Source of the DNA: an uncultured delta proteobacterium
GTDB lineage: Bacteria > Desulfobacterota > Syntrophobacteria > Syntrophobacterales > Syntrophobacteraceae
Length of the DNA stretch: 64,000 bases
Assembly: GCA_963808625.1 (NCBI GenBank)
Contig: CAWEHK010000029.1
Span: forward strand, 64,001-128,000
Direction: 5' to 3'
Of the stretch, positions 62,293 to 64,000 are shown one piece after another. The first letter of the stretch is position 1. Every line of letters begins with the position of its first letter. The notes below the pieces were generated by a model. The model made no database searches. It was not told the DNA's origin and saw only the letters and a list, made by a program, of their open reading frames with translations. Both the position numbers and the translations under genes were made by a program.

Positions 62293-63375
62293 ATGGCACG
62301 GATAGACGCTTTTTTTAGACTATTGCACGAGCAAAAGGGATCGGATCTTCATCTCGTTTCCGGTCAGCAACCGGTGGTGCGAATCAGGGGCGATCTTGAA
62401 CGGGTGAAGTTCAAGGTGCTCGACGACAACGATTTGCGCGCCATGCTCTATGAGATCACCCCGGAGGAGAAGATCAAGATCTTCGAAGAGACGGGAGATC
62501 TGGACTTTTCTTATGACATCCCGGGATTAGCGCGATATCGCGCGAATTACTTCCTGCAAAAGAATGGTATCGGTGCGGTATTCCGTGAGATCCCGAGTGA
62601 CATTCTCACGATAGAGCAACTGAACCTGCCCTCGGTCATCAGCAGGTTGGCAATGCTCCCGAGAGGCCTTGTTCTGGTCACCGGCCCAACGGGGAGCGGG
62701 AAATCAACAACCCTCGCTGCGATCATCGATGAAATCAACCGGAGGCGCAAGGATCATATTATTACCATCGAGGACCCGATTGAATTTGTTCACGCGAGCA
62801 AAAACTGCGTGATCAATCACCGCGAGGTCGGCACTCACACCCGTTCCTTCGCCGCCGCCCTGCGCGCTGTTCTGCGTGAAGACCCTGATATCATTCTGGT
62901 AGGAGAAATGCGGGACCTCGAGACCATCCGTCTGGCCATCGAAGCAGCCAATACGGGCCATCTGGTCTTTTCGACCCTGCACACCTCCGGTGCGGTAAAG
63001 ACCGTGGATCGCGTCATCGAGGTCTTCCCGGAGGGAGAACAGGCCCAGATTCGTTCCACCCTGGCGGATAGTCTTCGATCAATCATTTCTCAGGCGCTGT
63101 TCAAGCGCATCGATGTGAAGGGGCGAGTTGCCGTATTGGAGATCCTGGTTGCCACCCATGCCGTCCGGGCGATGATTCGCGACAGTAAATCCCATCAAAT
63201 CCTCTCGGCCATGCAAACCGGGAAAAAATACGGCATGCAGACCCTGGATGACGGCATTGCTGCCTATTTGCAGGCAGGAAAAATCAGTGCCGAAGAGGCC
63301 TATATGAAATGCGTCGACAAGGAAAGATTCAAAACCTATTTGAAAGAACCCCCGGCGGATTTCACCGAGGTTTAG
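62293..63375 (+). CDS. pilT: Type IV pilus retraction ATPase
   Basis: SDLHL, GPTGSGKSTT, TIEDPIE, LREDPDIILVGEMRD, TGHLVFSTLHT, GMQTLD. Confidence 0.93.
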   Translation: MARIDAFFRLLHEQKGSDLHLVSGQQPVVRIRGDLERVKFKVLDDNDLRAMLYEITPEEKIKIFEETGDLDFSYDIPGLARYRANYFLQKNGIGAVFREIPSDILTIEQLNLPSVISRLAMLPRGLVLVTGPTGSGKSTTLAAIIDEINRRRKDHIITIEDPIEFVHASKNCVINHREVGTHTRSFAAALRAVLREDPDIILVGEMRDLETIRLAIEAANTGHLVFSTLHTSGAVKTVDRVIEVFPEGEQAQIRSTLADSLRSIISQALFKRIDVKGRVAVLEILVATHAVRAMIRDSKSHQILSAMQTGKKYGMQTLDDGIAAYLQAGKISAEEAYMKCVDKERFKTYLKEPPADFTEV

Positions 63376-63435
63376 GTTGTCACCGAGAGGGTTCTTACAG
63401 GTTTACCGTTCCCCGAGGTCAATGAGAGAAAAGCC

Positions 63436-64000
63436 ATGCGACAGAAAGAACTGGAAAACCTCCTCACGCGCATCCTTAATGAATACCCTCAGCTCTCGGA
63501 CATCAATTTTACCGTCGGGAAGCCTCCTCAGGCTGAGGTGGACGGCGTACTCCGACCTGTCGGTGAAGACCTGGGCCTGCCGGAGTTGATGCCGTTTCAG
63601 ACGGAGACGATCGCGCTGAATCTCCTTGGCAGGGATCGGCGCAATATTCAACACCTTCTCACCCATGGTTCGTGCGATCTATCCTACCATCTGCCCGGCC
63701 GGGCGCGCTTCCGGGTCAATATTTTTTCCCAGCGCGGCACGTTGTCCATTGCAATGAGGCAGCTTCCAACGGTGATACCCACCATCGAAGCGCTCGATTT
63801 ACCGCGAGTCCTCAAGCAGATTGCGGAGGAGAAGAATGGTATCGTCCTGGTAACGGGCGCCACCGGGAGCGGCAAGACGACAACGATTGCCGCCATCCTC
63901 GACGAGATCAATCGCCAGCGGCCGGTGCATGTAATTACCCTCGAGGACCCCGTGGAATACGTCCATCCTCACTGGAGGGCGACCTTCAACCAGAGGGAGC
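63436..64000 (+). CDS. Second PilT/PilU-family ATPase, truncated by window edge (not in ORF track)
   Basis: MRQKELENLL..SDINFTVGKPP, ARFRVNIFSQRG, GATGSGKTTT, TLEDPVE, FNQRE. Confidence 0.88.
   Translation, partial: MRQKELENLLTRILNEYPQLSDINFTVGKPPQAEVDGVLRPVGEDLGLPELMPFQTETIALNLLGRDRRNIQHLLTHGSCDLSYHLPGRARFRVNIFSQRGTLSIAMRQLPTVIPTIEALDLPRVLKQIAEEKNGIVLVTGATGSGKTTTIAAILDEINRQRPVHVITLEDPVEYVHPHWRATFNQRE

Overview
Bacterial genomic DNA, most likely a Desulfobacterota/deltaproteobacterium (Syntrophobacterales-like; inferred from gene content and repeat families). Three blocks. (1) 1-18.9 kb: 3' part of an exopolysaccharide/exosortase locus (GT4s, radical SAM, an amino-sugar dehydrogenase/aminotransferase/acetyltransferase trio, priming sugar transferase, exosortase-EpsI fusion, Wza, beta-barrel, Wzc, kinase, TPR lipoprotein). 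It is followed by a VPLPA-CTERM substrate gene under a c-di-GMP-I riboswitch and a REC-LuxR regulator. (2) ~18.95-40.2 kb: a defence island bracketed by a degenerate ~55-bp direct repeat. It holds an IS remnant, higBA, a Gabija-like OLD nuclease + UvrD pair whose helicase is split by a 2,797-bp IS, and a five-gene operon: SF1 helicase-Vsr/DUF559, TM-coiled-coil, TM-coiled-coil-McrB(NxD), DUF2357 McrC-like, Hsp70-like. The operon resembles the computationally predicted CoCoNuT type III systems. (3) 40.2-64 kb: housekeeping genes (tgpA/DUF58/moxR, purM, mltG, radC, mlaC, fabD, moeA, a NusG paralog, a DUF1998 helicase-exonuclease, pilT genes), many REP/MITE-like intergenic elements and a second copy of the same IS. 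That IS carries a DUF4338/DruA-like, Mom-like passenger gene. Many single-base frameshifts, even in fabD, are probably sequencing/assembly errors. All family assignments come from motif recognition by eye; no searches were run.
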